Shown here one piece after another: positions 9,994 to 18,975 of a stretch of 64,000 nt of DNA. Under the pieces are notes generated by a model, which saw only the letters and a program-made list of their open reading frames with translations, ran no database searches and was not told the origin of the DNA. Numbering within the stretch: the stretch's first letter is position 1; the number at the start of each line of letters is the position of its first letter. Origin of the DNA: Deltaproteobacteria bacterium. GTDB taxonomy: Bacteria > Desulfobacterota > GWC2-55-46. The stretch is from the NCBI GenBank assembly GCA_016177845.1, contig JACOUO010000030.1:37649-101648 (forward strand), given 5' to 3'. Made by a program: the position numbers and the translations under genes.

Positions 9994-12510
9994 TTAAGCT
10001 TTTGTTATGCCGACTCTGGGGATGTCGTCACCCCTCCTGAAGAACTTGCCTATCGGCGCATCATCGAAGTTCTCGCCTATGAAGGCCACTCCGCTCTTTG
10101 TGCCTCTTTTTGTCCTGAGTGTCAGTGTTGCCTCATATGCCCTGCCCCTGACCTTTACCCTGTCGCCGTTCTTAAGGCCCAGCGAATTGGCGTCCTCTTC
10201 GCTTATCTCAACCTCTCCGCCCTGCACAAGCCCAAGAAGCGTCCTTGACATCCTTGAGTATTTGCCTGAATGGAAGAGATGGTTTCCGGTGACAAGCTGG
10301 AAAGGCGCATCAGGCGTCTTTCTCTCTACTTTTGTCTTAAACTCCCCTATTGAGAGGGCCGCTGAATCAGCTGCCGCTACAAGGGAGGCCTTGTTATCAA
10401 GCTTATTCTCAGTGTTTTTCCTGTTATTGAACAAGAGGTTCACATCCTTGTACATCGGGACTTCTTTTCTTATCTCATCGAGTACAAGAAGGGCGTTCTT
10501 GGGGCCGAAAGAGCGGTCAAAATGCTCGCCAATAGCCCTTATTATATCGATATCCTTCTTTGCCTTACCGGGTGTGGGGAGGAGCTTCTTGATAAGCTGT
10601 GCCCTTCCTTCCTGGTTTGTGAATGTGCCGTCCTTCTCGCCAAAGCTTGAGCCCGGCAATACCACATGAGCAAGTTTCGCTGTATCCGTAAGGAACATAT
10701 CCTGCACTACAAGGAATTTAACCTTCTGCAGGGCTGATACCGCAAGCTCCTGCTCAGGATACATGGAAGCTATATCCGAACCTATAACATAAAGTACATC
10801 AAGCTGATTGTTCTGAGCGGCCAGAAGCATGCCGTCTACTCCACGGCCTTTTTCCCTCAGCTCCGAGTAACCAGGGCCGAAGTTCGGGTGTACGCCCATC
10901 TCCCATGCGCCCCTCTGGTTAGCCCTGTCAAGGGTAGGCATTACAAGGACCTTCTTGCCAAGCGACTTAAGTATGTTCTTAAGCGCCGCAAGCCCTATGG
11001 TGCCTTCCGGGAACCTGAGGAACTCAGTTCCCGCGATAATGCTTACGGTTGAAGAAGCGTGCAGCTTCTGTGCGATTGTATTTATTTCACTGTCCTTTAC
11101 CCCTGCAAGGGTAAGGAGGTCTTCTATCCTGGAGTCCTTTAATGCCTTGACTGAATCGTTATTGGCAAGCTTATCCGCATTTGCCGCAAATACACCGAGT
11201 GCAAGCGAATTAAGCACTGCGTTCTCTGTGCCGGGATTATGCCTTAAGAGCGTATTGGCTGATGAATCCAGCTTCATTGCCCTTGGTGAGGCAATGATGA
11301 GGTTCATCCTCCTGTTTGCGGATATGCGCCTTACTATGTAATCCGTTACCGGGTTTTCATCTGATAAATGTGAGCCTATTACAAGGACAGTGTCCGCTTC
11401 AAGGCAGTCGAATACGGAAACCCCGCCTTCGTTCATACCTGTTGCGGCAACATAGCTTTCAACCGCGTTCTGCTCCCACCTTGAGGTTGAGTCAATATTG
11501 GGGCTCCTCAATACTCCCCTTATAAGCTTCTGGAAGAGATAAAGCTCTTCGTTGGTAAGCCTCGGTGAAGCGATACCGCCTATGTGAGCGCCATTCGTTG
11601 ACCTGACATTTTCTACTATCGTATTTATGGCTTCTTCCCATGTAGCGGGCTCAAGCCTGCCTGATTTTCTGATAAGAGGTGTTGTCAGCCTCTCGGGGTG
11701 GTTTACAAAGTCAAACCCGAACCTGCCTCTTGCGCAAAGGGTCTCGCTGTTAAGGCCCACTCCAAGCTGTGCCTTTGCCCTTAAGACCACGCCGTCCCTC
11801 TGCTCTATGACCATTCTGCAGCCTACACCGCAGTATGAACATATCGTGTCTGAGCCTTTCAGGTCCCACGGCCTTGCCTGATACCTGTAGGGCAGCCTCA
11901 TGAAGCAGCCCACAGGGCATACTTCAATGCAGTTTCCGTCCTGATCGCAGTCAAGGAAGTGCCTGAAAAAGCTTGAAGGCTCCTGATGGTCGCCTCTTCC
12001 GAGCGCGCCAAGGACATTTGCGCCTACGACCTCGCGGCATACCCTTACGCACTTCATGCACTGTACGCAGCGGTTTGAGTTCTTTATGATAACGGGGCTT
12101 AACTGGTAATCTTTTTCATGGAATTTGAATTTGGGCTCTGAATGCCTTCCTGTGTGCGGGCCAAACTTATATACCATATCCTGCAGTTCGCACTCGCCGC
12201 CCTTATCGCAGACAGGGCAATCCATTGCATGATTGGCAAGCAGGAACTCAAGCATGGATGACCTTGCGGACATTACCTGCTGTGTTTCGGTATTGATGCT
12301 CATGCCATGGAGCACGGGAGTTACGCAGGAGGGCTGAAGTTTTTTCTGCCCTTCTATCTCAACGAGACACATCCTGCATGAGCCGACACCCACAAGGTCT
12401 GCCTGATAGCAGAAAGTTGGTATGTCGTAACCCGCGTCCCTTGCGGCGTCCAGTATAAGGGTATTATCCTCTACTGTTATCTCTTTGCCGTTTATTTTTA
12501 CAGTTACCAT
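9994..12510 (-). CDS. nuoG: NADH-quinone oxidoreductase subunit G (long form)
   Basis: N1b (FCY...GSCRMC...SC), N5 (HAMDCPVCDKGGECELQ), N4 (RCVQCMKC...CP), N7 (CSYCGVGC...LC), plus a molybdopterin-oxidoreductase-like C-terminal part. Confidence 0.95.
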   Translation of the reverse strand: MVTVKINGKEITVEDNTLILDAARDAGYDIPTFCYQADLVGVGSCRMCLVEIEGQKKLQPSCVTPVLHGMSINTETQQVMSARSSMLEFLLANHAMDCPVCDKGGECELQDMVYKFGPHTGRHSEPKFKFHEKDYQLSPVIIKNSNRCVQCMKCVRVCREVVGANVLGALGRGDHQEPSSFFRHFLDCDQDGNCIEVCPVGCFMRLPYRYQARPWDLKGSDTICSYCGVGCRMVIEQRDGVVLRAKAQLGVGLNSETLCARGRFGFDFVNHPERLTTPLIRKSGRLEPATWEEAINTIVENVRSTNGAHIGGIASPRLTNEELYLFQKLIRGVLRSPNIDSTSRWEQNAVESYVAATGMNEGGVSVFDCLEADTVLVIGSHLSDENPVTDYIVRRISANRRMNLIIASPRAMKLDSSANTLLRHNPGTENAVLNSLALGVFAANADKLANNDSVKALKDSRIEDLLTLAGVKDSEINTIAQKLHASSTVSIIAGTEFLRFPEGTIGLAALKNILKSLGKKVLVMPTLDRANQRGAWEMGVHPNFGPGYSELREKGRGVDGMLLAAQNNQLDVLYVIGSDIASMYPEQELAVSALQKVKFLVVQDMFLTDTAKLAHVVLPGSSFGEKDGTFTNQEGRAQLIKKLLPTPGKAKKDIDIIRAIGEHFDRSFGPKNALLVLDEIRKEVPMYKDVNLLFNNRKNTENKLDNKASLVAAADSAALSIGEFKTKVERKTPDAPFQLVTGNHLFHSGKYSRMSRTLLGLVQGGEVEISEEDANSLGLKNGDRVKVRGRAYEATLTLRTKRGTKSGVAFIGENFDDAPIGKFFRRGDDIPRVGITKA

Positions 12511-12535
12511 AAGTAATTTCCTGACCGTGCCCTGT

Positions 12536-13801
12536 TTATCTGCCGGATACCATACATCTCTTGTGGTCTATATGGTATTGGAATTCCTCTCTGAAGTTCT
12601 TAAGCGCCCCTCTCAGTGCCATTACAGCTCCGTCTCCGAGCGGACAGAAAGTCCTGCCGAATATGTTTGTGCAAAGGCTTTCAAGAAGCTCTACATCTCC
12701 GGGCTTGCCTTCTCCGTGCTCTATCCTTCTGAGCACATTGGTAAGCCAAGGCGTACCGTCACGGCACGGCGTGCATTTTCCGCAGGATTCGTGGCTGAAA
12801 AATCTGTTTACTATATAAGCCGTCTTGACCATGCAGGTCGACTCGTCCATTACAACGACCGCGCCTGAACCGAGCATCGAGCCTTTTGCGGCAAGCGAAT
12901 CAAAATCAAGGGGTGTATCAAGGTCCTTGGGGGTCAGCATCGGGGCGCTTACGCCTCCGGGGATAACTGCCTTAAGGGGTTTATCAGTAAGCATCCCGCC
13001 GCAATGGTTATAGATGAGGTCCCTTGCTGTCGTGCCCATCGGGAGCTCGTAAAGGCCTGGCCTCTTTACATGGCCGCTTACGCAGTATATCTTCGGCCCC
13101 GGGCTCTTCTCAGGCCCTATCTTTGAGAACCATTCAGGCCCTTTCTCTATGATTGCCGGTATGCATGAAAGTGTTTCAACGTTATTGATGACTGTAGGCT
13201 TGCCGTAAAGACCTGCCAAAGCAGGGAAAGGAGGCTTCTTTCTCGGCTGCGCCCTGTAGCCTTCGATTGATTCAAGAAGGGCTGTTTCTTCACCGCATAT
13301 ATAGGCTCCGAAACCCCTGTGTACATACATATTAAGATTGAAGCCGCTGCCCTGAATATTCTTTCCGAGATATCCCTTGGCATATGCCTCTTTAATCGCT
13401 GCGTCAAGCCTGTTGGCGCCGAATGCAAACTCGCCTCTTATATAGATATAGGCATTTGAGGCGCCTATTGCATAGCAGGCTATTGCCATGCCTTCTATAA
13501 GGAGGTGCGGATCGTTATCGATGATACCCCTGTCCTTGAATGTCCCCGGCTCTCCCTCGTCAGCATTGCAGCAAAGGTACTTCGCGATTGTCGGGTCCTT
13601 GGGTATAAAGCTCCACTTAAGGCCTGTTGAGAAGCCGGCTCCTCCTCTACCCCTGAGCCCCGAGTCCTTGACCATCTGAATGATGTTGTCGGGCTTAAGC
13701 TTAAGGGCAGACTCGAATGCCTTATATCCCCCATATTGTATATAGTTCTCTATCTTATGGGCGTCAGGCTTGTCTAAATTTTTTAAGAGTATTTTTTCCA
13801 T
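12536..13801 (-). CDS. nuoF: NADH-quinone oxidoreductase subunit F
   Basis: SGLRGRGGAGF, NADEGEPGTFKDR, GAYICGEETAL, ESCGKCTPCR...CPLG. Confidence 0.97.
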   Translation of the reverse strand: MEKILLKNLDKPDAHKIENYIQYGGYKAFESALKLKPDNIIQMVKDSGLRGRGGAGFSTGLKWSFIPKDPTIAKYLCCNADEGEPGTFKDRGIIDNDPHLLIEGMAIACYAIGASNAYIYIRGEFAFGANRLDAAIKEAYAKGYLGKNIQGSGFNLNMYVHRGFGAYICGEETALLESIEGYRAQPRKKPPFPALAGLYGKPTVINNVETLSCIPAIIEKGPEWFSKIGPEKSPGPKIYCVSGHVKRPGLYELPMGTTARDLIYNHCGGMLTDKPLKAVIPGGVSAPMLTPKDLDTPLDFDSLAAKGSMLGSGAVVVMDESTCMVKTAYIVNRFFSHESCGKCTPCRDGTPWLTNVLRRIEHGEGKPGDVELLESLCTNIFGRTFCPLGDGAVMALRGALKNFREEFQYHIDHKRCMVSGR

Positions 13802-13851
13802 TTTTAAAATATGTTTTCAGAACGATTTAAAATGCGTGCCCCGGCTTTGAA

Positions 13852-14322
13852 CTATTCAAGTTTGCGCAGGAGTTCATCAATTTTCTGTTCAGTCAAGTTC
13901 TCGTGGAAATCGTCGTTTATCTGCATCATCGGCGCGGTACCGCATGAGCCGAGGCACTCAACAGTTGACAGGGTAAACTTCTTATCGGAAGTCGTCTCGC
14001 CTGTTTTGACATTTAAGGCCTTCTCCATGTGCTTTATGAGATGCTCGGCGCCAAGGAGCGAGCAGGAAATGTTCCTGCATACCTGAATGTGATACTTGCC
14101 TATAGGCTTATTTATCTTATACATGGTATAGAAGGCGGCTGCGGCATTTACTTCAACCAACCGCATATCAAGCATCCTGCCGATCTCCTCCATATCAGGC
14201 TTCTCAAGGTGTCCGCCCCCGTCCTGCTGGGCTATCCTCAAGGCGTCCATGACAGCGGACCTCTTGTTCGGATACTTCTGCATTGCAGCTTCTATTTCTT
14301 TTTTCGCTTTTTCTGACAGCAT
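13852..14322 (-). CDS. nuoE: NADH-quinone oxidoreductase subunit E
   Basis: VCRNISC...VECLGSC N1a [2Fe-2S] motif. Confidence 0.95.
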   Translation of the reverse strand: MLSEKAKKEIEAAMQKYPNKRSAVMDALRIAQQDGGGHLEKPDMEEIGRMLDMRLVEVNAAAAFYTMYKINKPIGKYHIQVCRNISCSLLGAEHLIKHMEKALNVKTGETTSDKKFTLSTVECLGSCGTAPMMQINDDFHENLTEQKIDELLRKLE

Positions 14323-14348
14323 GGTTTTATATTTTTCTTTTTAGTTTT

Positions 14349-15542
14349 TTACTTGTCGCACTCGCCGAAGACCGGGTCAAGGCTTGAAACTATAGCTACG
14401 ATATCAGCCAGGTACCTGCCTTTGGACATATGGTTTACGGTCTGCAGGTTCATGAATGATGGCACCCTGAGCTTAAGTCTGTAGGGCTTCTCCGAACCGT
14501 CGCTGACTATATATACTCCAAGCTCGCCTTTAGGAGCTTCTATTGCCGAGTAAACTTCACCCTTTGGAACCTTGAAGCCTGTTGATACATATTTAAAATG
14601 ATGGATCAAGGCTTCCATATTTGAATAAACATCGGGCTTTTTAGGAGGCACTATCTGCGGGATATCGACATTGAACGGGCCTTCCGGCATATCTCTGAGG
14701 CACTGCTTGATTATGCGCATCGACTGCCTCATCTCAGCCATCCTGACGAGGTAACGGTCAAAACAGTCGCCGTTCTCTCCTACAGGCACGTCAAAATCGA
14801 CCCTGTCATATACGAGATAAGGCTCATCCTTCCTTATGTCCCACTTCACACCGCTTGCCCTGAGTGACGGACCGCTAAGTCCGAGGGCTACCGCCTCTTC
14901 GCCTGATATTACGCCTACACCCTTATTCCTCTGTATCCAGATCCTATTGCCCGTAAGGATTGTCTCGTACTCGTCAAGCCTCTTGGGAAGGACCTCAAGG
15001 AGATTATTGCAGGCTTCCTTGACTTTATCGGTAAAATCATATCTGACTCCTCCGACACGGAGGTATGAAAGCGTCATCCTCGCGCCGCAGAGGGATTCGA
15101 ATATATCGAGCACTATCTCCCTGTCCCTGATGGCATAAAGGAGTATTGTCATTGCGCCAAGATCAACTGCCCATGCGCCTACTCCGAGGAGATGGCCTGC
15201 TATCCTTGAAAGCTCGGAAGCTATTACCCTTATATATTTGGCTCTCTCGGTTATCTCTATATCAAGGAGCTTTTCAACTGCCTGAACATACGCCAGGTTA
15301 TTTGTCATGGCGCACATATAGTCGAGCCTGTCTGTATAAGGCACAAACTGATGATAAAAGAGATTTTCCGCAAGCTTCTCAGTACCCCTGTGGAGGTATC
15401 CGATATCGGCTTCCGCGTTTATGATCCTTTCACCCTGCAGGTCCAGTATCAGGTGCAAAACACCGTGAGTGGAGGGGTGCTGAGGCCCCATGTGCAGAGT
15501 TACCTCTTGCGTAGTTATTATGTTATCTTTTGTATCAGGCAT
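14349..15542 (-). CDS. nuoD: NADH-quinone oxidoreductase subunit D
   Basis: GPQHPSTHGVL, GYLHRGTEK, DRLDY, EAPKGELG, DPVFGECDK. Confidence 0.97.
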   Translation of the reverse strand: MPDTKDNIITTQEVTLHMGPQHPSTHGVLHLILDLQGERIINAEADIGYLHRGTEKLAENLFYHQFVPYTDRLDYMCAMTNNLAYVQAVEKLLDIEITERAKYIRVIASELSRIAGHLLGVGAWAVDLGAMTILLYAIRDREIVLDIFESLCGARMTLSYLRVGGVRYDFTDKVKEACNNLLEVLPKRLDEYETILTGNRIWIQRNKGVGVISGEEAVALGLSGPSLRASGVKWDIRKDEPYLVYDRVDFDVPVGENGDCFDRYLVRMAEMRQSMRIIKQCLRDMPEGPFNVDIPQIVPPKKPDVYSNMEALIHHFKYVSTGFKVPKGEVYSAIEAPKGELGVYIVSDGSEKPYRLKLRVPSFMNLQTVNHMSKGRYLADIVAIVSSLDPVFGECDK

Positions 15543-15587
15543 ATTCCGAAACTTTTATCCCGTTTAACGGGTTATTTTTTTAAAACC

Positions 15588-16091
15588 CTATTCCTTTTCA
15601 ACACCGTAAGGATTGTAGCGGTCCTTGTAGCCCCTTACAGGATATTCCTTGCGAAGCGGGAACCCTTCAAAATCCTCCGGCAGGTAGATACGCTTCAAAT
15701 TCGGGTGCCCTTCAAAAACAATCCCGAACATGTCATAGACTTCTCTCTCAGGCCAATCAGCGCCGTGCCAGATACCGGCAATAGAGGGCACTGTCTCCCC
15801 GTCGTTGACCTTTACCTTAAGCCTTATCCTCAGCTTTTTCGAAGTTGAGTAGAAGTGATAGACGACCTCAAATCTTGGCGTTTCGGTATTGTAGTCAACC
15901 CCTACAACATCTGAAATAAAGTTCATCTTTATTTCGGGATCAGTCTTTAAAAAGGTGCATATGCTGCGCAGCGCGCTCATTTGAATAAGATGCGTCACTT
16001 CGCCCCTGAATACGGTTGTCTCTATAATGTCGTGCCTGAAGGCCGACTGTATTTTTTTGATTAAGAGTTCGTCTCTATCTACAGGAGTCAT
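15588..16091 (-). CDS. nuoC: NADH-quinone oxidoreductase subunit C
   Basis: [23 protein letters not shown]...GFPLRKEYP. Confidence 0.96.
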   Translation of the reverse strand: MTPVDRDELLIKKIQSAFRHDIIETTVFRGEVTHLIQMSALRSICTFLKTDPEIKMNFISDVVGVDYNTETPRFEVVYHFYSTSKKLRIRLKVKVNDGETVPSIAGIWHGADWPEREVYDMFGIVFEGHPNLKRIYLPEDFEGFPLRKEYPVRGYKDRYNPYGVEKE

Positions 16092-16657
16092 TTGCCTACT
16101 CCGATCTTTCTTTTATCAAGGATATACGGGTTTTCCTTCTTGATCTTCTCCATAAGCTGGAGGAAGCCGAAGAGGAGCGCGTCCGGCCTTGGCGGGCATC
16201 CCGGCACATAGACATCCACCGGAACAACAAGGTCTGTGCCCTGTACGACGGAATAAGTATTATAAGGCCCGCCTGCAGAGGCGCAACCGCCCTGCGCTAT
16301 GACCCACCTGGGCTCAGGCATCTGGTCATAAAGCTTTTTGACTGCGGGGGCTATCTTTTTGGTCATTGTACCGGCTACTACCATTACGTCCGACTGACGG
16401 GGTGAAGGCCTGAACACTATACCCATCCTGTCAAGGTCGTAGCGTGAGCACGCGGCAGCTATCATTTCAATGGCACAGCATGCCAGACCAAAGGTCATGG
16501 GCCACAAAGAAGAGGAACGACCCCAGTTGACCACATCGCCGGTAACGGTGTTTTCCTTGATTGTATTGATGACGGGATTATTCCTTAATACATCCGCTAT
16601 GCTTTCAAGCGTTGTAAAAAAGATAGAATCTTCGATTGGATTTTTCCCTGTAACCAC
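16088..16657 (-). CDS. nuoB: NADH-quinone oxidoreductase subunit B
   Basis: [27 protein letters not shown]; GTG start. Confidence 0.96.
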   Translation of the reverse strand: MVTGKNPIEDSIFFTTLESIADVLRNNPVINTIKENTVTGDVVNWGRSSSLWPMTFGLACCAIEMIAAACSRYDLDRMGIVFRPSPRQSDVMVVAGTMTKKIAPAVKKLYDQMPEPRWVIAQGGCASAGGPYNTYSVVQGTDLVVPVDVYVPGCPPRPDALLFGFLQLMEKIKKENPYILDKRKIGVGK

Positions 16658-16721
16658 AGAATTACCTTCAAAAAATTAATTTATTTACTGCCAAGCCGCT
16701 CTTACCTGAAGCCGGGTAGAA

Positions 16722-17087
16722 TCAAATCCATTCAAGCGCGCCCTTGACCCATGCGTAGATGAGCCCGACGGCGAGAACGGCAATAAATACAAACATCTCC
16801 ACAAAGAGGAACATGGATATGCTATGGTCGGTTAATATTACAGCCCAGGGAAAGAGAAAGAGAGTTTCAACATCAAAGACGATAAAGAGTATGGCGATGA
16901 TAAAGAAGTGAATCCTGAAATGCCCGGTATTGGCGTCCCCTACAGGCTCCATACCGCACTCCCAAGGAGTAAGCTTTTCCTTGTAAGGGTTCTTGGGCTG
17001 CATGATGAAGCTCATAAAAAGAGCCATGACGCCCATGAAAGACGCGAACCCGATCATTATGAGAATTGGCAAGTAAGAAAGAAGCAT
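16722..17087 (-). CDS. nuoA: NADH-quinone oxidoreductase subunit A
   Basis: PWECG, ILFIVFDVETLFLFPWA, GALEW. Confidence 0.96.
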   Translation of the reverse strand: MLLSYLPILIMIGFASFMGVMALFMSFIMQPKNPYKEKLTPWECGMEPVGDANTGHFRIHFFIIAILFIVFDVETLFLFPWAVILTDHSISMFLFVEMFVFIAVLAVGLIYAWVKGALEWI

Positions 17088-17163
17088 GTAGACCCTCGTA
17101 AAATTACAATTATGGCAAGATTGTAAGTTCCAATTGTTACACTATATTTGTCAGGGTAGAGCA

Positions 17164-17192
17164 AGATTAAACCAACTTCCAAGATTTGTCAA
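17164..17192 (-). promoter_or_regulatory. Putative sigma70 promoter of the nuo operon
   Basis: Minus strand TTGACA (17192-17187), 17-nt spacer, TAATCT (17169-17164). Confidence 0.5.
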
Positions 17193-17201
17193 GAGGAAAA
17201 A

Positions 17202-17216
17202 TGTATACTGTATACA
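17202..17216. promoter_or_regulatory. Perfect palindrome TGTATAC-T-GTATACA, putative regulator site
   Basis: 7-bp inverted repeat with a 1-nt centre, just upstream of the nuo -35. Confidence 0.45.
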
Positions 17217-17283
17217 ATATACCCTCAAAAAAACCTTGACGACAATCTAACCCATTGAAAACACAGCTTTTTGCCCTCTAACA

Positions 17284-18075
17284 TTACAGTAAAAAAAGGT
17301 CTTTTCTTCTATCTTTGAAGAGATTATTCAGGGGTGTAATGTCCTTGGTGCGGGCCTTTTTGGGGTCGATTTCCACTACCCCGGCCTCCGGTTTCCGTCT
17401 TCCTGCCCTGCAGAGCACCTCTCCGTTGAATGCAGTGACCTGGCTGGTGCCTATGAACTTAAGCTCTTTTCCCTTTATCCTCTCCTCTGTGCCGACCCTG
17501 TTCGCTGTGATTGAAAAAATCCTGTTCTCAAGCGACCTCGTTATCATGGCCTGAGGGCAGTACGGCAGCACAAGGTTTGAAGGGTGCAGAATTACCTCAG
17601 CCCCTTTAAGGGCAAGCGTCCTTGCGGCCTCAGGGAAGACCCAGTCAAAGCATATCATCATGCCGACCTTGGCCTTTCCAATGTCATAGACCTCAAACGG
17701 TGTATCTCCGGGGCTGAATATCTTCTTCTCGTTCCAGAAAAGGTGCGCCTTCCTGTATACGCCTATGAACCCTTTGGGCCCTACGAGTATGGAAGAATTA
17801 AAGACCTTCCTCTTTACCTTCTCATTTATCCCCGCCGCAATAAACATCTTCTTCTTTTTAGCCACTTCTATCAGACTTGCAGCAGCGTATCCAACTTTAG
17901 CGTCCTCGGCAAGGCTCATCGCCTCTTCCTTTGACCTAAACTGGTATCCTGTTGAAAAAAGTTCCGGCAGGACTACAAGTTCGGCATCGAGTGAGCTTAA
18001 CCTGGCCACAGCTTTATCGACATTGGCCAGGATGTCCCCGAAAACAGGCAGGGTCTGAATGAAACCGACTTTCAT
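17284..18075 (-). CDS. Nitrilase/carbon-nitrogen hydrolase family protein
   Basis: Catalytic triad contexts LPEL (Glu), YRKAHL (Lys), ICFDW (Cys); ANRVG. Confidence 0.9.
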   Translation of the reverse strand: MKVGFIQTLPVFGDILANVDKAVARLSSLDAELVVLPELFSTGYQFRSKEEAMSLAEDAKVGYAAASLIEVAKKKKMFIAAGINEKVKRKVFNSSILVGPKGFIGVYRKAHLFWNEKKIFSPGDTPFEVYDIGKAKVGMMICFDWVFPEAARTLALKGAEVILHPSNLVLPYCPQAMITRSLENRIFSITANRVGTEERIKGKELKFIGTSQVTAFNGEVLCRAGRRKPEAGVVEIDPKKARTKDITPLNNLFKDRRKDLFLL

Positions 18076-18260
18076 TTTCTTCTCCCGAAAAGGTATAAAA
18101 ACCGTTAAGGCTTAATAAGCCTAAAAACACAATTTAAAATTGAATTAAGTGGAGTTGAGCCGCAAAAACAGAAGGTACAGCAGAGGAGAATGTTACGGAA
18201 TAAAGCTCATATTAATATTTATTTTTTTCAAAGTCAAGATGCGAGAACAGCAGACAAACC

Positions 18261-18292
18261 AAAGGGAGATGACATTGCTGTCATCTCCCTTT
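18261..18292 (-). terminator. Hairpin, probable terminator of the 34-aa ORF
   Basis: Perfect 14-bp stem AAAGGGAGATGACA/TGTCATCTCCCTTT with a 4-nt loop, 18 nt past the ORF stop. Confidence 0.7.
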
Positions 18293-18310
18293 CAGTGCGG
18301 ATGCGTTCTC

Positions 18311-18415
18311 TTAGCGGCAGCAGCCTGATTTCTTGGCTGCGGTCTTCTTTACGGTGGTCTTCTTCGCTGCTGTTGTCGCCTTCTTTTTCGGAGCAGCCTT
18401 TTTCGTTGTAGCCAT
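18311..18415 (-). CDS. 34-aa Lys/Ala/Thr-rich histone H1-like small protein (not in ORF track)
   Basis: MATTKKAAPKKKATTAAKKTTVKKTAAKKSGCCR; AAGGAGG 6 nt upstream of ATG; promoter upstream and hairpin downstream. Confidence 0.8.
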   Translation of the reverse strand: MATTKKAAPKKKATTAAKKTTVKKTAAKKSGCCR

Positions 18416-18474
18416 TACTTGCCTCCTTGGTTTTAGGGTTTTGAGTTTTAGATCCCTCAACGAAATTCAAGGAA

Positions 18475-18503
18475 AATTTAACATTTAAAAAAATCGGTGT
18501 CAA
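18475..18503 (-). promoter_or_regulatory. Putative sigma70 promoter for the 34-aa ORF
   Basis: Minus strand TTGACA (18503-18498), 17 nt, TAAATT (18480-18475). Confidence 0.6.
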
Positions 18504-18578
18504 CACTATTCCCCTGATTTCTAAAGATTTTATCGGCCCTTCCGATTGAAAACTTTAAAAGATTTTTCAAGCTCAAAC

Positions 18579-18607
18579 TTGCATGTAGCATCTTTGTATG
18601 GTAATTT
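18579..18607 (+). promoter_or_regulatory. Putative promoter of gatCAB
   Basis: TTGCAT, 17 nt, TGn-TAATTT. Confidence 0.4.
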
Positions 18608-18641
18608 AATTTTTTAAAATTTCTTTCAAGGGGTTTGTAGC

Positions 18642-18929
18642 GTGTCAATCACGAAAAAGGATGTCCTGCATGTAGCCGACCTTGCGAGGCTTGCCTTGAC
18701 CGAAGAGGAAATCAACCTCTACACAGATCAGATCCAGAGGATTTTAAGCTACGTTGAAAAACTCTCCGAGCTCGATACAACCGGAGTTGAGCCGACAACG
18801 CACACTGTCCCGCACAAGACCGCATTCCGCGAGGATAAGGCTCTCCCTTCTCTTGCGCAGGATGATGTGCTGAGAAATGCGCCTGAAGCTGAGCGCAGCT
18901 GCTTCAAGGTCCCAAAGATCATCGAATAA
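18642..18929 (+). CDS. gatC: Asp/Glu-tRNA amidotransferase subunit C
   Basis: HVADLARL...FRED...NAP...FKVPKIIE; first gene of gatCAB; GTG start. Confidence 0.95.
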   Translation: MSITKKDVLHVADLARLALTEEEINLYTDQIQRILSYVEKLSELDTTGVEPTTHTVPHKTAFREDKALPSLAQDDVLRNAPEAERSCFKVPKIIE

Positions 18930-18975
18930 AAAAAACAGGTTCAGTTCCTTTCAATATATTTTAAGGAGAAGGCGC

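Noticed and set aside
10007-10669. Long antisense ORFs (this one, 31895-32590, 49306-50028 and similar)
   Set aside because: They lie opposite well-supported genes, show no recognisable motifs, and are expected from codon bias.
18234-18506. 90-aa minus-strand ORF in the track
   Set aside because: Out-of-frame shadow of the 34-aa Lys-rich ORF; it spans that gene's promoter, RBS and terminator and has no RBS of its own.
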